Shown: piece by piece, positions 54,976 through 64,000 of the stretch | Layout of the letters: the number at the start of each line of letters is the position of its first letter | Position numbering within the stretch: position 1 is the first letter of the stretch | NCBI RefSeq assembly: GCF_009914755.1 | Contig: NC_060931.1 | DNA from: the human T2T-CHM13v2.0 reference genome, Homo sapiens | DNA length: 64,000 nt | Strand: one strand, 5' to 3' | Program-made: the position numbers and the translations under genes | The notes under the pieces: model-generated | What the model was told of the DNA's origin: nothing | Seen by the model: the letters and a program-made list of their open reading frames with translations, nothing else | Databases searched by the model: none

Positions 54976-57441
54976 AATTTTGATTCTGTCTAGCTAAATG
55001 TTTGGTATTTTTTTTTGTTTTTGTTTTTAAAAACTCTTCATTTTGTTATCTTTTGAATTTTTTAAAATCTCTATTTCATTTATTTCTGCTCTGAGTTTTA
55101 TTATTTCTTTCCTTCTACCAGTTTTATGTTTAGTTTGTTCTTTTAGGTTCTTGGTTGAGTTGTTTATTAGAAATCTTTCTTTTTTGGTGTAGGCATTTGT
55201 TGCTATGAACTTCCCTCTCAGAACTTTTGTTGTTGTGTCTCGTAGATTTTGGTATGATATATTCCTTGTTTGTCTCAAGAAATTTTTATATTTCTCTTTT
55301 AATTTCTTCATGATCTGTTAGTTATTTAGGTACATATTATTTGTATCTGAAGTTTTTCTTTTTATTGATTTCTGGTTTTACACCATTGTAATCCGAAAAG
55401 ATTCTTGATATGACTTCTAGCTTTTTACACTTGGTAAGACTTGGTTTTTGGCCTAACATATGATCTGTCTTGGAGAATGTTTCATGTGCATTTGAAAATA
55501 ATGTGTATTCTGCAGCTATGAAATGAAGTATTCTGAAAATGTCAGGTCCATTTGCAGTATGGTGTAGTTTAAGTCTGATGTTTCTTTGTTGATTTTCTGT
55601 CTAGATAATATGTCTACTGTTGAGAGTGGGGTGTTGAAGCTCTCTATTATTCTTCCATTGCAGTCTATCTTTCTCTTTAGATCTAATAAGATTTCTTTTA
55701 TGTATTTGGGTGTTTCAAAATGTTGAGTATATATGTATGTACAATTGTTATGTCTTCTTGTCAAGTTGATATCTTTAATATCTTTATCTTTACATAATGA
55801 CCTTCTTTGTCTCTTTTTATAGATTTGACTTAATGTCTATTTTATCTGATATAAATATGGCTATTCCTGTCACTTTGGTTTCTGCTTGCATGGGATATCT
55901 TTTCCTGTCCCTTCACTTTCAATCTATGTTTGTCTTTAACAGTGAGGTGCAGCTCAAGCAGACAGCATATAGTTGGGCCTTGTTTTCCTTTTAGCCATTC
56001 AGCCACTCTATATCTTTTCATTGGAGAATGGAATCCATTGACATTGAAGGTTATTATTGATAAATAAAGGCTTACTCCTGCCATTTTGTTTATTGTTTTC
56101 TGGTTGTTTTATAGGTTATTCTTTGTTACTTTCTTCCTCTCTTTTTGTTTACCACTGTGCTTTCATGGTTTTCTGTGTTGCTAAGCTTTGTTACCTTTCT
56201 CTTTTCATTTGTGTATCTGGTGTAATTTTTTTCTTTGTGGTTACCATTGGGCTAACAGAGTTTTATAGGTATATTTTAAGCTGATAGTAACTTAGCTTTA
56301 TTCATATAGAAATACTCTAGGCTTCCCCCTCACCCTCACAATTTATATTTTTGTCACCTTAAGTTACTTATTTATTTGTTATATGTTCCTTAGCCACTAA
56401 TTATGGCCAAGGTTTTTTTTTTTTTTTGCCATTTTGACTTTAAACTTGTATACTAGAGGGTTGAGATATTCACATGGCACCATTACATCAGTGGAGCATT
56501 CTGAATTTGATTTATAAAATTTACCTCTATTAGTATGTTTTATACTTTCTTGTCTTTTCATGATAGTAATTATTATTCTTTCATTTCCAGCTGTAGCACT
56601 CTCTTAAGCAACTCTTGTAAGGCCAGTTTAGTGGTGATAAATTCCCTCAGCTTTTGCTTATCTCAGAAGTTCTTTATTTTCTGCTTCATTTCTGAAGGAT
56701 ACATTTGCTAATTATAATATTCTTGGTTGACAGTTTTTTGTTTCCTTTTACCACTTCAAGTATATCATCCCCTTCTCTCCTGGTCTGCAATGTTTCTGCT
56801 GAGAAATCTGGCAATAGTCTCATGAGAATTTCTTTATATTAGGGGCACTTTTCTCTTGCAGCTTTAAAAGTTCTCTTTTTTCTTTGACTTTTGACAGTTT
56901 GATTATAATATGCCTCAGAGAGGATCTTTTTGGGTGGAATCTAATGGAGACCTTTGAACTTCCTGAATCTGGGTGTTCATACCTCTCCTAATACTTGGGA
57001 AGTCATCAGTTATAATTTTATTAAATAGGTTTTCTATGCTTTGCTCTATCTCTACTTCCTCTGACACTTCTATAAGTGAAATTTATTCACTTAATAACAT
57101 CCTATAAGTCCTGTAGGCTTTCTTCATCCTTTAAAATTTTTATTTCTTTTTTTCCCTTCTGACTGAGATATTTCAACAGACTTGAAGTTTAGATATTCTT
57201 CTTCTTGATCTAGTCTTTTGTTGAAGCTCTCAATTATATTTTTTATTTCATTCATTGAATTCTTCAAATACAAGATTTCTGTCTGGTTCTTTTTAAAGGT
57301 ATCTATGTCTTTATTGAATTTCTTAGTGAGATCAGAATGGTTTTTGTGATTTTATTGAATTGTTTCTGTTCTTTTGTATCTCACTGAGTTCCCCTAAGAT
57401 TGTTATTTTGAATTCCTTTTCAGAGATTACAGGCATTTCCC

Positions 57442-57837
57442 TTTTATTTTTTTTTTAATTTTTTATTATACTTTAAGTTTTAGGGTACATGTGCACAATG
57501 TGCAGGTTAGTTACATACGTATACATGTGCCATGTTGGTGTGCTCCACCCAGTAACTCATCATTTAACATTAGGTATAACTCCAAATGCTATCCCTCCCC
57601 CCTCCCCCGACCCCACAACAGGCCCCGGTGTGTGATGTTCCCCTTCCTGTGTCCACGTGTTCTCATTGTTCAATTCCCACCTATGAGTGAGAACATGCGG
57701 TGTTTGGTATTTTGTCCTTGCGATAGCTCGCTGAGAATGATGGTTTCCAGCTTCATCCATGTCCCTACAAAAGACATGAACTCATCCTTTTTTATGGCTG
57801 CATAGTATTCCATGGTGTATATGTGCCACATTTTCTT
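57442..57837 (-). mobile_element. L1PA4-like 3' end (older copy)
   Basis: 'catttaacattagg', 'aggccccggtgtgtg', 'gaacatgcgg', 'ttccagcttcatcc'. Confidence 0.85.
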
Positions 57838-60157
<2,320 letters not shown>

Positions 60158-61595
60158 TCATGTTTCTTTGCTTTTTTATGGTTTTGTGTGTGTTTGTGTG
60201 TGTGTGCGAGGGTGTGTGTGTCCTTATGTTGCTATATGTGCATCTAGTGTAATAGTTGCTGTTTCCAATTTTATGGGGTAGCTTCCCTAGGGAGGGGCTT
60301 TTCCCTTTAGGTAGGTCCTAGGGAGTCAGTTGGGTGTGAAGCATTGACTTTGTTCCTGGGTAGACTCAGTGGTCTGGTTTTTATGTAGTTTCTTCAGCTG
60401 TAATCCTTGTCAATGCTGTGTTGATTACCTCAGTGGTCTAGGCTTTGGGTGTTTTTAATGGCAGTGGTGTGTTTTTGCTGGGAGTGGGGGTGCCCCCACT
60501 CCCAACAGGTTGGATGTTGGACTAATCAAGTGCAGCCATAGAGTGCTGACAAGGTGTCTGGCAGGCTTTGCAGGAAATTTCTGCCAGGCTAGCTTTCAGA
60601 GGCTGGGTACATTTGCTAGTGGGTATGGTGAAGCTGGGCAGCTCTGTAGAGGCCAGTCTAAGGAGACAAGGTTGCCACAGGACTTGCTGTCAGTCTATGC
60701 ATGGGCTTTCATGGGTTCAATGGCTTTGGGTGACTCCATGGAGGTACAACTGGGGACACTGCAGGACTGGCTGTCAGGCTACACACAGGTGCATGTAGGC
60801 ATGGTAGGGCTAGGCAGGCAGCAGCCTGTCCTAAGGGTAGGGACACAGCAGGACCAGCTGTGAGGCCAAGTGTAAGTGCTTGCAGGCTCAGGAGACAGGC
60901 ATGGCAGCCAACAGGATGTTTGATAGCTTCCCTGCTGTGCAGGTCTGCTCCCCATACCAAGGGGCTAGTTGCTGTGTGGATTCAAATATTAAGTTCTCAG
61001 TCATTCTGTCTGGCCTAGGCTCCAAGCAGTTGGGGTTGTAGTGCTACAGGCCCTTGTGTGAGAGTGGTGGAATGATGGCAAGGGTTCAGAGATGGAAAGA
61101 GTCAGTTGCTACTGGCCCCCAGGGCAAGATGCATTCTAGTAGTAGGTCCAGTTTCAAGATGGCACTGAGCAGTAGCAGCTTTGGCCATGGGGGTGGGCCA
61201 AGGTGGGCTGTTGCTATGAGGCAATGTAGCTGCATGGACTCCTAGCTACTCTCCATACTAAATTGGGGATCTGTGAAGACTGAGGTGATCTCTTACAGCA
61301 AGGATTGCTGGCATTTGTGGTAGCAGTGAGGACTGCTGGGGTTCTCTAACTTACCTTTTCCTCATAGGAAGAAGTTCCCCCTGGATCCAAGCTGATCCTG
61401 AAGGAAAAGAGAGTGTGGCAGAGGGAGGATGCCTCACTCCCCTCTCTATGGTGCTATCCTGGGTTTCAGTGCTCCACAGAGTTTTTGCCATTCCGCTGGT
61501 GCTCTTTACTTCTTCAGTCACTCTTAGTCGAAATATAGGTCCCTTTTTGTGGGAGGGACAAGCACTAGGTAATCTAGTTGGCCATCTTCCTGACC

Positions 61596-62850
<1,255 letters not shown>

Positions 62851-62924
62851 TCTTTTCACCAAAATGATTATAGAGCTTGAAAGGACTTTACAAAGATTCT
62901 ACAGAACAGTGTTTTGTAAATTTT

Positions 62925-64000
<1,076 letters not shown>

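Overview
Primate (human or close ape) AT-rich, repeat-dense intergenic/intronic DNA. No intact host protein-coding gene, RNA gene or CRISPR array can be supported. Most of the window is transposon-derived: about 15 Alus, many L1s (including an internally deleted L1PA10-like element at 16.9-21.4 kb and a ~12-kb nested L1 stack at 49-62 kb), MaLR elements (MLT1, MST), MLT2, an ERVL pol remnant, MER34-, MER76/77- and LTR12-type LTRs, MIR, L2 and MER58. The long ORFs in the ORF track are L1 ORF2 remnants. The most unusual signal is a set of locally templated insertions and fold-back junctions, several of them at (TA)n tracts: 4.6-5.0 kb (inverted copy of 2.52-2.59 kb plus a perfect 23-bp hairpin), 41.3-41.5 kb (166-bp copy of 44.75-44.92 kb inside an L1), 30.1/31.3 kb and 25.6-25.8 kb. 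There is also a chimeric L1-into-L1 insertion at 57.4-60.1 kb. Two speculative sets of small exon-like units occur: a minus-strand chain near an LTR12 promoter and a plus-strand phase-0 set including a 21-nt microexon. Repeat subfamily calls rest on remembered consensus diagnostics and need RepeatMasker/Dfam confirmation; boundaries of old repeats are approximate.
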